A stretch of DNA of 64,000 bases. It comes from Candidatus Magasanikiibacteriota bacterium. Lineage in GTDB: Bacteria; Patescibacteriota; Patescibacteriia; Magasanikbacterales; UBA922. Below, in pieces: positions 28,501 to 38,993 of the stretch. Numbering within the stretch: the first letter of the stretch is position 1; each line of letters begins with the position of its first letter. Made by a program: the position numbers and the translations under genes. The stretch is taken from contig JBDRSF010000066.1 of the NCBI GenBank assembly GCA_043825135.1, forward strand, positions 6,355-70,354, written 5' to 3'. The notes under the pieces were generated by a model. It was not told the DNA's origin. It ran no database searches and saw only the letters and a program-made list of their open reading frames with translations.

Positions 28501-28613
28501 CCTCTACTAGGTTTATAAATAAAAACAAATTAAATTATCTTTTTTTAGTTGACATAATAAAAATATGAATAACACACTCTATCGGTCGTGCATCATTCCT
28601 ACTCTTTACTTTT

Positions 28614-29663
28614 TTATTCATCAATTAATTTTCCAATCGCCAAACTTTCCAAAAACTTCTCACTAACAATTTTTATCTGATTCCATTGCCAGCCGTGCTT
28701 TAAAAAAACTTGTTCATTTAAAATGTGGCGTTTATTTTTATTTTCTAGTAAATAAACTTTTGGGTCGTTGATTGATTTGATCAGCGATCCGTTTTTGAGA
28801 TTGATTTCAGCCGTAGTGGGGGAATAACCTGATATAACCTCAACACCGTCTTTGTAGCCATCGCCATCACTATCATAAAGCCAAGTAATAGTGCCATATT
28901 TCAGCTCATCAGCCTTAATTAGGCCGTCTTTATCACCATCAGCTTCACGACTGGTGATTAGCTCTCTTTGGGTGAAAATCGCTAGTTTGTGGCCATTTTT
29001 GGTCTCTAGACTAGGTAAGAAATTGTGGATGGCATTTAGTAGGATGTCAAACTTGTAACGAAAGTTTTTGCCATATCTTGTGCCAGGTTCTTGGGTGATA
29101 AATTCACTTGTTTCATCATCATAACCTGAGATCACCAAAACATGATAATCAGGTCCGCCATTTCTAAAATGAGGATTATATAAATATTTACCATGAACTG
29201 GAATTATTATTGGACGGCTGTTATCAATTTCTGATTTTATTTGTTCCAAAGTTGGATTTTCAACTATTCTAGCTTCCCAAGGCAAAAAATCATTAATTAA
29301 TTTTGTAATTTGTTCAGCATTTTCATCTAAACTTGTGCCAAAGTTTTTGTTTTTTATATTTAAAATTTTTAATATTTCCTCTTTAGTAATGGCTTTAGTT
29401 TCAAGGGTTTTGCCTCTATAAAAATTATCAATCATAACAATGGCTGTTTCTTCACAAGCATCTTGCCAGGGTTGGCCCCAGTAGGCGTAGGGGGCTTGGG
29501 AGGTGAAGGGGACGGAGATGTTTTGGATCTTGGTAGAAGCGGTGGTTGGTGAGGGGATTAGAGAAATAAAAATAACCGTTATTATTACGGTGATAAATGA
29601 TACCCATAGGGCATCCATCTTCGGGGATAGATGATAAGTGATATTTGACAGGCGAGAAGACAT
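28614..29663 (-). CDS. Secreted peptidase C39-like protein with Ca-binding DxDxDG repeats
   Basis: VPFTSQAP, DACEET, YHVLVISGYD, DGDKDGL/DSDGDGY; C-terminal KVYLL..KRHI repeat. Confidence 0.82.
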   Translation of the reverse strand: MSSRLSNITYHLSPKMDALWVSFITVIITVIFISLIPSPTTASTKIQNISVPFTSQAPYAYWGQPWQDACEETAIVMIDNFYRGKTLETKAITKEEILKILNIKNKNFGTSLDENAEQITKLINDFLPWEARIVENPTLEQIKSEIDNSRPIIIPVHGKYLYNPHFRNGGPDYHVLVISGYDDETSEFITQEPGTRYGKNFRYKFDILLNAIHNFLPSLETKNGHKLAIFTQRELITSREADGDKDGLIKADELKYGTITWLYDSDGDGYKDGVEVISGYSPTTAEINLKNGSLIKSINDPKVYLLENKNKRHILNEQVFLKHGWQWNQIKIVSEKFLESLAIGKLIDE

Positions 29664-29802
29664 TTTTGTGTTATATTGTTTTATTGTCATGACAGGCGAG
29701 AGGTCATTAAAAAAATATTAACAAAATACTATTGTGTCATTGCGAGGAGGTCTTATGAAATAAAGGCTGACGTGGCAATCCCATACATAGTAAGGAAAGA
29801 TT

Positions 29803-29864
29803 ATGATTAATAATTACCATGTCTACATAATGATGAATGGGAAGATTTATCTGAAAAGTTTTAA
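29803..29864 (+). pseudogene. Internally deleted GIY-YIG nuclease remnant inside a family A REP doublet
   Basis: MINNYHVYIM joined out of frame to DEWEDLSEKF*, resembling the N- and C-termini of small GIY-YIG nucleases. Confidence 0.7.
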
Positions 29865-29936
29865 GCGCTGATGGCTGGGATTGCCGCGTCATGTATTCTC
29901 ATTCCTCGCAATGACAGAATTTATTAGAAATTTCTA

Positions 29937-31514
29937 TTAGATTATCTCCCCACCCAAACTTGAAGCCAATTCTTTCAATTCGTTCGATTCTTCAGAAATA
30001 TTATTTTTTTCGGTTACAACAGTATTTATTTTTATTTTACACCCGATTATTTTCGCTAAAATCTCTTCCAATTCTTTTTGACAGACTTTTTCCATTAGTT
30101 TATCACGGTGAAAGCTATAGTCAACACTAAGTTCTAGTGTATTCCCATCTAAATTTTGTATTTCAGCCATTTTTACAATAAAAGACAGAGATGGTTTACT
30201 ATTTTCTACTTTACTAATAAAGGAATTCCAGTTATCTTTGACATCGTCCAAAGTAAAATCAGTATTTCTGCTAACTAAATTTTTGACTTTTTCCGTTATG
30301 GTCTTTTTTTCTACTTTAATTTCAGTTTCAGGAGTCCTTTCTTTTTCTTTAGGTTTTTCTTTCGTTTCGGTACTTTTGTTGTTACTGTTGTTATTATCTT
30401 TTTGATAGCTGACAGCCGATAGCTGATTGCCAGCAGAATATTCAATCACCGCCATTTCTAAAGGTAATTGAGGCAGAGGTGCAGTTTTGATTTGTCTGCC
30501 TCGAGTCATAAATAAGTCTAAGAGGGTGACAATTTCATTGTATTCTAGTTTGTCATTTAGTTTTTTTAATTCTTTTTTTACTTTTTCACTCAAATCTAAT
30601 CCCAAACCACTAATGTTGGCATTGGTTTTGCTTACCATCATGATTCGGAGCATTTCAATTACATCATTATTAAAATAATTAAGATTTGAGCCAGCTTCTA
30701 CTAGTTGATTTAAGATTTCCAAAGCCGAACCAGCTTCTTTATTAATTGTGGCAGTAATAAATTCAAGATTTTTTTCCACATTAACATTTGGCAAAACCAA
30801 AGAAGAATTTTCAGCTGTAATATGTTTTTCTCCAGAAGCCATTATTTGATCCAAAAGGGAAATAGCATCACGGACACAGCCATCACTTTTGTTTACAATT
30901 CTTTCTACTATATCTTTATCTATTTTTATGCCTTCAATTTTGGCAACTTTATTAATTTGTTTACTCATTTCATCAAAACCAACTTTTTTAAAATCAAATC
31001 TCTGACAGCGTGAAACAATAGTTTCCGGAAGCTTGTGTAGTTCAGTGGTGGCTAATATAAAGATGATGTGGCTTGGTGGCTCTTCTATGGTCTTCAGAAG
31101 TGCATTAAAAGCGGAAGTTGACAACATGTGCACCTCGTCAATGATAAAAACTTTAAATTTTGATTTTGTCGGTCTAAATCTAACATTATCAATAATATTT
31201 TCTCGCACATTTTCAACCCCAGTATGAGAAGCGGCATCAATTTCTATCACATCAATGGAGTGAGAACTGATAATTTCACTACAAGATTCACATTGGTCGC
31301 AAGGTTCAGAATCTTTTTCTTTTCTGTTTAGACAGTTTACACCTTTAGCCAAAATGCGAGCGATGGTAGTTTTACCAATACCCCTGGGACCGGAAAATAA
31401 ATAAGCATGGGCGACTTTGTCACCAGCTATTTGATTTGATATTGTTTGGACAATATGATCCTGGCCGATTATGTCAGAAAAAGTTTGAGGACGGTGTTTG
31501 TGATATAAAGCCAT
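29937..31514 (-). CDS. dnaX: DNA polymerase III subunit gamma/tau
   Basis: ALYHKHRPQTF, GPRGIGKTT, EIDAAS, IIDEVHMLS, SRCQRF. Confidence 0.97.
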   Translation of the reverse strand: MALYHKHRPQTFSDIIGQDHIVQTISNQIAGDKVAHAYLFSGPRGIGKTTIARILAKGVNCLNRKEKDSEPCDQCESCSEIISSHSIDVIEIDAASHTGVENVRENIIDNVRFRPTKSKFKVFIIDEVHMLSTSAFNALLKTIEEPPSHIIFILATTELHKLPETIVSRCQRFDFKKVGFDEMSKQINKVAKIEGIKIDKDIVERIVNKSDGCVRDAISLLDQIMASGEKHITAENSSLVLPNVNVEKNLEFITATINKEAGSALEILNQLVEAGSNLNYFNNDVIEMLRIMMVSKTNANISGLGLDLSEKVKKELKKLNDKLEYNEIVTLLDLFMTRGRQIKTAPLPQLPLEMAVIEYSAGNQLSAVSYQKDNNNSNNKSTETKEKPKEKERTPETEIKVEKKTITEKVKNLVSRNTDFTLDDVKDNWNSFISKVENSKPSLSFIVKMAEIQNLDGNTLELSVDYSFHRDKLMEKVCQKELEEILAKIIGCKIKINTVVTEKNNISEESNELKELASSLGGEII

Positions 31515-31771
31515 ATTTTGTGAAGGAATAATTATTAAGGAGTAAGGAGTAAGGAATAAAGAATAAGGAATAAGGAATAAAATATTGTGTAAAGTGATGA
31601 TATTATACATTATTAGGAGTAGCTTGACAAATAATATTGAAGTGGTGTAAAAATGGCTGATGTGAGGTTATACACACCCTAGGGCTTACCTCTTGTATTT
31701 AGAGGGGTTTTGTGGTATACTGTCTACGTTAACTAAATTAATTCAAGTTTTATTCTTAATCTTAGAATTTT

Positions 31772-32032
31772 ATGCCAAGAAAAGCAAATCCAGCTTTGCT
31801 AAAGCCATTGCCACTTTCAGCAGAGTTAGAAGCCGTAGTCGGCAAGGGTCCTTTAGCACGTGGTCAAGTAGTAAAGAAACTTTGGGAATACATCAAGAAG
31901 AACAATCTTCAAAACCCAGCCAACAAGAGAAACATCTTTGCAGATGACTTACTACTACCTCTATTTGGTGGTAAAAAGGAAGTAACAATGTTTGAGATGA
32001 CAAAATTGGTTTCTGGACATATCAATCAATAG
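31772..32032 (+). CDS. SWIB/MDM2 domain protein
   Basis: LS.EL..VVG, R.QVVKKLWEYIKKNNLQNP.NKR.I..D, VTMFEMTK. Confidence 0.9.
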   Translation: MPRKANPALLKPLPLSAELEAVVGKGPLARGQVVKKLWEYIKKNNLQNPANKRNIFADDLLLPLFGGKKEVTMFEMTKLVSGHINQ

Positions 32033-32053
32033 AACAAATTGGAAGTATATTTT

Positions 32054-32084
32054 AAAACATCCCGATCAAATCGGGATGTTTTTT
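32054..32084. terminator. Bidirectional terminator
   Basis: AAAACATCCCGAT-CAA-ATCGGGATGTTTTTT between convergent genes. Confidence 0.8.
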
Positions 32085-32113
32085 ACTTATGACTTACGAC
32101 CTATGGCATACGA

Positions 32114-32752
32114 CTATTTATTGATAATATTTTCCACCGCACCCCAGTCACTCTCGCCATCTTGGGGAACCAGTACAACAACTTCGTCACCAGCTTTACC
32201 TTTGAAAAAAGTAACAGATGCAGTTAGGACTTTGTAAGTCCTGCCATCGGCCAAAACAGAGGATTGTCCAGAGGTTGGATCCGAGACTAGCTCGCCAGTA
32301 ACTCGTTTTCGTTCAATTGGTTGAATTTGTTTGTAAATAAATGAACCGCTGTGAGTGATTGTTAATTTCATCATGTCACCCTCAACTAGTTTTGATTTGC
32401 TAGCATAATTTGGTGGAATTGAATATTCTTTGCCATCTGAGCCGACCATTTTTTCACCATTAAATACACCCTCTATGATTTTTTCGCCGGTGCTCAAGTT
32501 TTCAATATCTGGATTTTGTTTGTTGGCAGTTTTTACTATCTCACCATCCATCATCCGCAACATGCTGTCTAGTTGGTCTTTTATTTTGTAAATTGCGTTT
32601 TTTAGTTCAGCAATGTTTAGGTTTTTTTCATTATTTTCTTTTGGTGTATTTGTTGGTGTGTCGTCTGATTTTGTTTCTTCTGTGGTCGTATCGGTATCGT
32701 TCAAAAAAAGTTCGTCAGCTTTTTGATTTAAAATATCGGAGAGAGAGTTCAT
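32114..32752 (-). CDS. Hypothetical protein
   Basis: Long clean ORF with IEGVFNGE.M, Y.IPPNYASKSKLVEGD, V..ASVTFFK. Confidence 0.75.
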   Translation of the reverse strand: MNSLSDILNQKADELFLNDTDTTTEETKSDDTPTNTPKENNEKNLNIAELKNAIYKIKDQLDSMLRMMDGEIVKTANKQNPDIENLSTGEKIIEGVFNGEKMVGSDGKEYSIPPNYASKSKLVEGDMMKLTITHSGSFIYKQIQPIERKRVTGELVSDPTSGQSSVLADGRTYKVLTASVTFFKGKAGDEVVVLVPQDGESDWGAVENIINK

Positions 32753-33213
32753 AGGGTTTTTTGTTTTTGTTTTTATTAACACGGATTTGACAGATTTTTA
32801 CAGATCTGACAAATCACAGATTTTACCAATTTAACAGATTAAATATTTAATCATCAATTAATAATTGAATATTATTATTTTACCACATTAAAATAATCAA
32901 GTCATTATTTTGTGTGGAAGAATGGGGGATAGGGTGTTGATAGAAATTTAAAATGATGAATGTGTCAAAATTAATTCTTTGAGACATTAGTGCTTTTACT
33001 TTTTGTAACCAACCTGCCTGCCGGCAGGCAGGAAAGAACAAAAAGTTTTGGGGGTGCAAAACTCGCCCCATAGCTACTATGTAAGTAATCATTGGCAATA
33101 CGAATGGGGGCTCAAACAGTTGACACCCCCAAACCCCCAGGTTTGTACTTTGACCATATTTATCATTTATCATTTATCCCCGAAGAGGGATGCCCTGTGG
33201 GTATCATTCTGCA

Positions 33214-35787
33214 TTACAAGCTTGCCTCAATCATGTCAGGGTTATTTCCACCATCAGTATCGCCCAATTTAGTTCTTTCCATGAGTTCAGCTTCAACTAT
33301 GTTTTTGTCTCTGCCATATTTTAATCTGGATAGTTCTTTGATTGCATTAGCTAATTCCAAATTACCTCTAACTGGTGGGTAGGCTTTCATTAAAAATGGC
33401 TTGCAGGCCTGATTGTCTATTAGAAGTTTTACGTAAAAAGAATATTTTGGACAATTTAACAAATCGTAGGATCCAAAGACGGGGGCAAATTCTTTGGCTA
33501 GAACTTCAGAATCATCTGGTCCAATACGACCAGAAAGAATAGTACCAACATTACCAAGCACAGCATCACGAACATCAGCCTTGCCTTTGTCATCGGTTAA
33601 TTGCCCCATGTATTGGTGGGCAATAATTAAATCAAGACGATATTTACGGGCTTCGGATAAAATAGTAGAGATAGAGTCGGTAATAAAGTTTTGAAACTCA
33701 TCAATGTATAAATAAAAATCATGACGATCTTCTTCGGCCATATCAGCTCGTCCCATGGCGGCCATCTGTAGTTTAGCAACTACAATCAAACCTAATAATT
33801 TGGCATTTACTTCACCGGTTTTTCCTTTGGCTAAATTTACTAGTAGTATTTTTTTATTATCCATTATTTCACGGAAGTTGAAGGCTGATTTTTGTTGACC
33901 CATGATATTTCTCATCATTTCATTGCCAACAAATCTACCAACCTTGGAAATTAAATAACCAAGCATTTCTGATTTGTGAAAGTCTGATGTTTTAGCCATT
34001 TCTTTTTCCCAAAAAGCCCGCACAACTGGATCTGTCAGTTTTTTCAAGTATTGCTTTACATATTCATCATCAGTAAACATGCGTGGGATATCAATAATAG
34101 TTCCGGGATTTTCTATATCAGCCATAAGTGTGAGCATCACATTACGCATTTGGTGTTCAAACATTGGTCCGATCATTTCTGGTGGAAAGAGTTTGTAAAA
34201 AATACCTATCATCTCTTGAACAGCAAAATCTTTTTGATCTTCGGTTTTAGCTTCAAGCATATTTAGACCAACGGGTCTACTAACATCAGATGGATCAAAA
34301 ATAACTACATCATCGGCACGATTTTTTGGGATATGTTCTAAAACTGCTTCAATTAGATCACCGTGTGGGTCAACAATAGCCACACCTTTACCATCCATGA
34401 TATCTTGAATAGCTAAATTGGCAATAGTTACTGATTTACCACTACCCGATTTACCAATAATATATAAATGGCGACGACGGTCAGGTTCTTGAAGGTGGAC
34501 ATCGCGTTTTATACCTCTATAATCAGTATAACCCAAAAGCAAGCCTTCGGTCGGAATGTTTTCTGGTGGTGGAGCATTGCGACCCTGAAGCCATTTTATA
34601 TTTGGCGCCTCAGTAGAATGGAGTGGTAAATGCCAGAAGCTAGCCATTTCTTCTGTGTTTAAAATTAAGAAACGTTTTTCATTAAAAGATCTGTAGATAA
34701 AGTCACGGATGATCTGAGTTTGTTTTCGGGGGATATTGGCAAGGAATTCATTACCGAAGCGATAAAGATTGTATTGACTATAAGCATTTATTAGATTATC
34801 CAAATTCATGCGGGCGGTTTCTTCATTATCAGAGGCACTGAGTAGACGAACAGTTACATCCATACCACCTTTGGAGAGCTTTTCTTCAATACCTTTTAAA
34901 GTCTCTTCCTCCATGGCTGACATTTGGTATTTATCATCAGTTGATCCTATCTCATCTTTTTTCTTTACTGTTCCGGCTAAGTCTTTGCTAACTTTTTTCA
35001 TCATCCTGCTAAAACTACTGCGATGAGCCACAAGATCAAACCTTTCGCCTTTTCTAACATCACGGACAATTCTAACTCCAGTCCGACGCCATTTACCATG
35101 AGCAGAACGAACTACGTATTGAATTGCCAGAGAACTCTCAGCTTCATGAACTTTTGCCAAAACATTTAAAAGTACTGATAATGGATCAGAGTCAGCTTTT
35201 TTGTAAGTTTTGAATGGGAAGACTTTTTTTTGTTTGCAATTTAAGTAGGCACCTACAATAGAACTTTTTTCAGTAAAAATATTATAATCAGTCATTTCAT
35301 CAATTTGGGCATGGGAATATTGAGCATGGATCTGTTGTTCTATATAAGCCTTTGCTTTTTTAGGTATAGCAATATAAAAAGTAATTAAGCCTTTGTGGGC
35401 GACCATTTCAAAAGAGATTGAATCATTTCGACCTAAAAGCCAACGAGTAAAACCACGTTGAGCTCGCATGCCAGCCAGAGAAGCAAAGATTGTTTCTGTT
35501 AGACCAATTTCTTCTCGTACTTGTTCCAATCTATCTTCTTGACTATTTTGTCCACCTTGGCCTTCAGATTTTCTTTCTTTGGAAACCATTATTTGTAAAA
35601 CGATTCGTTCAAATGCTTTGACTTCACGTAATTGGGTGCGAAAAAAGGCTCGAAGCATAAATAGCACTCCGATTATTAGTAATATCCCGATGATTATTAT
35701 GAGGAATAGAAAAATTATTGGATCATTGAGTAATCCGTTTGTTCCTGCTGTGAAGGCTGGTTGTGGAGTGGCGAAGAATTGGAACAT
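33214..35787 (-). CDS. VirD4/TraD-like (type IV coupling) ATPase with N-terminal TM anchor
   Basis: DRRRHLYIIGKSGSGKS Walker A, DPHGD, LYIDEFQ Walker B, SEARKY. Confidence 0.9.
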   Translation of the reverse strand: MFQFFATPQPAFTAGTNGLLNDPIIFLFLIIIIGILLIIGVLFMLRAFFRTQLREVKAFERIVLQIMVSKERKSEGQGGQNSQEDRLEQVREEIGLTETIFASLAGMRAQRGFTRWLLGRNDSISFEMVAHKGLITFYIAIPKKAKAYIEQQIHAQYSHAQIDEMTDYNIFTEKSSIVGAYLNCKQKKVFPFKTYKKADSDPLSVLLNVLAKVHEAESSLAIQYVVRSAHGKWRRTGVRIVRDVRKGERFDLVAHRSSFSRMMKKVSKDLAGTVKKKDEIGSTDDKYQMSAMEEETLKGIEEKLSKGGMDVTVRLLSASDNEETARMNLDNLINAYSQYNLYRFGNEFLANIPRKQTQIIRDFIYRSFNEKRFLILNTEEMASFWHLPLHSTEAPNIKWLQGRNAPPPENIPTEGLLLGYTDYRGIKRDVHLQEPDRRRHLYIIGKSGSGKSVTIANLAIQDIMDGKGVAIVDPHGDLIEAVLEHIPKNRADDVVIFDPSDVSRPVGLNMLEAKTEDQKDFAVQEMIGIFYKLFPPEMIGPMFEHQMRNVMLTLMADIENPGTIIDIPRMFTDDEYVKQYLKKLTDPVVRAFWEKEMAKTSDFHKSEMLGYLISKVGRFVGNEMMRNIMGQQKSAFNFREIMDNKKILLVNLAKGKTGEVNAKLLGLIVVAKLQMAAMGRADMAEEDRHDFYLYIDEFQNFITDSISTILSEARKYRLDLIIAHQYMGQLTDDKGKADVRDAVLGNVGTILSGRIGPDDSEVLAKEFAPVFGSYDLLNCPKYSFYVKLLIDNQACKPFLMKAYPPVRGNLELANAIKELSRLKYGRDKNIVEAELMERTKLGDTDGGNNPDMIEASL

Positions 35788-36021
35788 AAAAAAGGAAGTG
35801 CCTTTGTTTGCTCTCCCCCTATCAGGGGGAGCCCGCGACGTAAGTCGGGGAGGGGGTCTGCCGAAGCTGTAGAGTTTGTACTACTATTTTATTATCGGAT
35901 AGATTCTTATTTTTGTATGATGTGTGGTGCTTTATGTCATTTTTAATTATTAAATCATTCTTCCAGCTACTTCAGACCCCCTCTGTCACTCCGTGTCAGC
36001 TCCCCCTAATAGGGGGAGAGC

Positions 36022-36573
36022 TTACTTTCTGTCAACTTTCTTCAACGCCAATATCTTATCCGTCTTTATCTTCGCTTCTTGCTCTAAAAAGAATTTATTA
36101 ATTCCAGGGAGCATTTTGAGCCATTCAAAAATTAATTTAAAAATCGTCTTCGCTTTTAGGTGCGTCTTTTTTAGAAGATCGCGAATTTCAAAGGCAACCT
36201 GTTCGCCTTTGATTTTGAATTCTTGTTTTTGTATGGGTGTCAGTTCAAGAAAGGCATCTCCCAAATCTTCTTCCATTACTTTTTCCACTTGAATGGTTAC
36301 TTCATCGCGGACTTGGGGAACAGTAGTTGGTTTTTTCTTGGTGCCACGAAGTTTTGACTTAAGATTGCCAATGGATTCTTCCAAAAAGTTTTCTTCTTCT
36401 GCTGGGGTTTCGGGTTTTTTTTGGGTAAAACTAAATTCACCTTCTGGTGTAGTAGGTGTTTTTTCAATTACAGGTTGTTGAATTACTTCACTCGGAGTTT
36501 CAATTGCAATATTTCCTTCTGCTGGGGCTATATTTTTTTCATCTTCTGCGTGAGTGATTTTTTGATCGGGCAT
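36022..36573 (-). CDS. Hypothetical protein upstream of the coupling ATPase
   Basis: 183-aa ORF ending WL..LPGINKFFLEQEAKIKTD. Confidence 0.75.
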   Translation of the reverse strand: MPDQKITHAEDEKNIAPAEGNIAIETPSEVIQQPVIEKTPTTPEGEFSFTQKKPETPAEEENFLEESIGNLKSKLRGTKKKPTTVPQVRDEVTIQVEKVMEEDLGDAFLELTPIQKQEFKIKGEQVAFEIRDLLKKTHLKAKTIFKLIFEWLKMLPGINKFFLEQEAKIKTDKILALKKVDRK

Positions 36574-36798
36574 AAAATAGTTGTAAAGTCTATAAAGTCA
36601 CAAAGTCTATAAAGCAAAAACATAAAATTCAGACAAACTGTTGACTTTATGGACTTTTTGACTTTTGACTAATTACATTATACCAAAAAAATAATAAAAT
36701 AGCCACAAGAGAAAAAAACTGTTGATAAAGTTAGATTGACTCGTCTATATTTTTATGATAATCTGGAGATAGTAAAAAATACAACGAAGGAGTATGTC

Positions 36799-37026
36799 AT
36801 GCTTAAGATGTTTTGCAAGCAGTTCATAGCGGAATATTCTTTTCGTGTTTTGCGGAAGTTGATTTACGCATTATCCTTCGTCAAGGAGGAGAAGGAAGAT
36901 GCTGTCAACGAACTGTTCTTCTGGCTCAAGGCAAAATATCCCGACATCTGGAGTAGGTTGGTCATGGAGGAGACCAATCTAGAATACTGTCAGACACAGG
37001 AGTGGGAGTTGGAAGATGGATCTTGA
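36799..37026 (+). CDS. Orphan small protein (SD-led)
   Basis: AAGGAG upstream of ATG 36799; many G/C-ending codons. Confidence 0.55.
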   Translation: MLKMFCKQFIAEYSFRVLRKLIYALSFVKEEKEDAVNELFFWLKAKYPDIWSRLVMEETNLEYCQTQEWELEDGS

Positions 37027-37270
37027 CAAGAGGAGGATTATTGGGGATTTGGTCAGGGGGGTCTTGGAGCAAGGTGGATATCCTCATGAGATGAAGGATA
37101 TTTTGGTGCTAGTTATCAAGGAGAAGCTGGTTCCAGGGTCTCGGTTGGGTCGAGGTGTCGAAGTTAGGCACTCCAATGGATTAGTTGAGGCAAGCTTCAC
37201 GATTCTTGAACCAGGTGATTCATCGCTCTTTTTTTCAATCTCCGTTCGCTCGAAGAGCGCGGAAACATAA
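37016..37270 (+). CDS. Orphan small protein (SD-led, overlaps previous)
   Basis: GGGAG upstream of ATG; terminator-like hairpin at ~37298-37324. Confidence 0.55.
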   Translation: MDLDKRRIIGDLVRGVLEQGGYPHEMKDILVLVIKEKLVPGSRLGRGVEVRHSNGLVEASFTILEPGDSSLFFSISVRSKSAET

Positions 37271-37413
37271 GGAGAACTTCAAGGAGGGAAGTTTGAAAGA
37301 TCATCTTTAAAGAGGTGGTTTTTTGATTTTACTGTCATTGTGAGCCCCGATTCGCATCGGGGCGAAGCAATCCCACGAAGCGCAATGACACGGTGTCACA
37401 ATGACACATGTTT

Positions 37414-37956
37414 TTAATCACAAACCCCACTCTTCCACAACCCCACTTCACCATTTTGTGCATTTATTTCAGCTTGTTTGAATTCTGTCTGGTATTTGTA
37501 AGGTTTTATAAAAGTGAATTCACGGGCGTAGCCGTTTTCTATCATCCACTGATTGAAAAATAAACCATCATCACGGTAAATATAGCGGAGCAGGCGGTCG
37601 TAAGCGTCGCGATTATCTTGGGTCGGGTCAGCTTCTAGTCGGACTTTTTGGTTTAATAATAATTCTTTGGCTTTGGCAGTGGCTTCTGGGCCAAAACATT
37701 CTATTGGCTTGTTATAATCCACAGTTTCTGGCGTATCTATGCCGATCAGGCGAATGCGTTCAGTTTTGCCGTCAATATTTACATCAATTGTATCACCATC
37801 TACAATTTTTGTAACTTGGTAATAGGCTGTTTCGTCTATTTTAACATTTTGGGTTGGCTCAACATCCTGTGTCGTTTTAGAAACAAAAGCAAAAAGTCCA
37901 CTCAAGATAATTAGCGCGCCTAGGATTGTTTTTGTTAATATGTTGATTTTTGGCAT
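37414..37956 (-). CDS. Thermonuclease (SNase) family protein
   Basis: VDGDTI, IRLIGIDTPE, D.YDRLLRY, GYARE, GLW. Confidence 0.93.
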   Translation of the reverse strand: MPKINILTKTILGALIILSGLFAFVSKTTQDVEPTQNVKIDETAYYQVTKIVDGDTIDVNIDGKTERIRLIGIDTPETVDYNKPIECFGPEATAKAKELLLNQKVRLEADPTQDNRDAYDRLLRYIYRDDGLFFNQWMIENGYAREFTFIKPYKYQTEFKQAEINAQNGEVGLWKSGVCD

Positions 37957-37962
37957 GTTATT

Positions 37963-38469
37963 TTAAAATTTTATCCAATAATGTCTAATCATTTTACCAT
38001 CTACTTTCAGTGTATTTTCTAATTGTCCACCATTTTTTTCAATTATTTTTTGTGATACGGTATTTGAATCTTCGCAGGTTATTAAGACTTTTTTGAGGTT
38101 GATTTTTTTTGCTTTAGCTAAAGCTAATTCTAAAATTTTAAAACCATAGCCTTGCTTGCGCATGGATGAGCGTATGGCATAACCAATATGTCCCCCGGCT
38201 TTTTTTAGTTGTTCGCTTAATTTATGACGAACATTGACATGACCAACAAAACTTCCCTTATCAACCAGCCAATAGGTGTTTGACGTAACCCAATGATCTG
38301 GTAGATTTTCTCCTTTTGAGTAATCATTAGTTTTTTTTATATAATCTCTCAAATCGGTTGGTTTTTTTAACACATTCCAAAAACCGTCCCAAAGTTCTGA
38401 ATCTTCAAATTCAACCAGACCTTCTTTCCAACTTTTTTCGTATTTTAAAGTTGGTGTTATTAGTTTCAT
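37963..38469 (-). CDS. GNAT N-acetyltransferase
   Basis: GGHIGYAIR.S.RKQGYG, N..SQKIIEKNGG. Confidence 0.9.
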   Translation of the reverse strand: MKLITPTLKYEKSWKEGLVEFEDSELWDGFWNVLKKPTDLRDYIKKTNDYSKGENLPDHWVTSNTYWLVDKGSFVGHVNVRHKLSEQLKKAGGHIGYAIRSSMRKQGYGFKILELALAKAKKINLKKVLITCEDSNTVSQKIIEKNGGQLENTLKVDGKMIRHYWIKF

Positions 38470-38482
38470 ATATTATTTATTA

Positions 38483-38899
38483 TTATTTCTTCAAATTATC
38501 TCTTATCTCCCTCAACAACAAAACTTCTTCATTAGGTTCACTTGGTTTTTGCTCCTCTTTCTTTTTAAATTTATTTATTTGCCTAATCACAATAAAAATA
38601 GAAAAGGCAATAATAATAAAATCTATAATTGTGTTTATAAACAAGCCGTAATTAATGGTAATTGCTGGAGCAGTGTCAGAGACTTGCTTTAGGGTAAAAA
38701 TTAGTTTGGAAAAATCAACACCACCAGTCAGCCAACCAATTGGTGGCATGATAATATCAGAAACAAGCGAGCTTACAATTTTTCCAAACGCCGCACCAAT
38801 TATAACACCAATGGCCATGTCCATGACATTGCCCTTCATGGCGAATTTTTTGAATTCCTCTAATTTGAAAGTTTTCTTATTTGATAAATCTTTTTTCAT
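38483..38899 (-). CDS. mscL: Large-conductance mechanosensitive channel
   Basis: [39 protein letters not shown]. Confidence 0.97.
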   Translation of the reverse strand: MKKDLSNKKTFKLEEFKKFAMKGNVMDMAIGVIIGAAFGKIVSSLVSDIIMPPIGWLTGGVDFSKLIFTLKQVSDTAPAITINYGLFINTIIDFIIIAFSIFIVIRQINKFKKKEEQKPSEPNEEVLLLREIRDNLKK

Positions 38900-38993
38900 A
38901 AAATTTGTTTATATAAGGTTTTTTAATGGCACTAATAATTCTTCCTTTGGCTTATCTGGTAGATTGGGGTAATACTTTCAAAACCGTACGGGT

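Noticed and set aside
33214-35787. Conjugative element
   Set aside because: No relaxase, VirB4 or integrase in the window; stand-alone coupling-type ATPases are common chromosomal genes in this lineage
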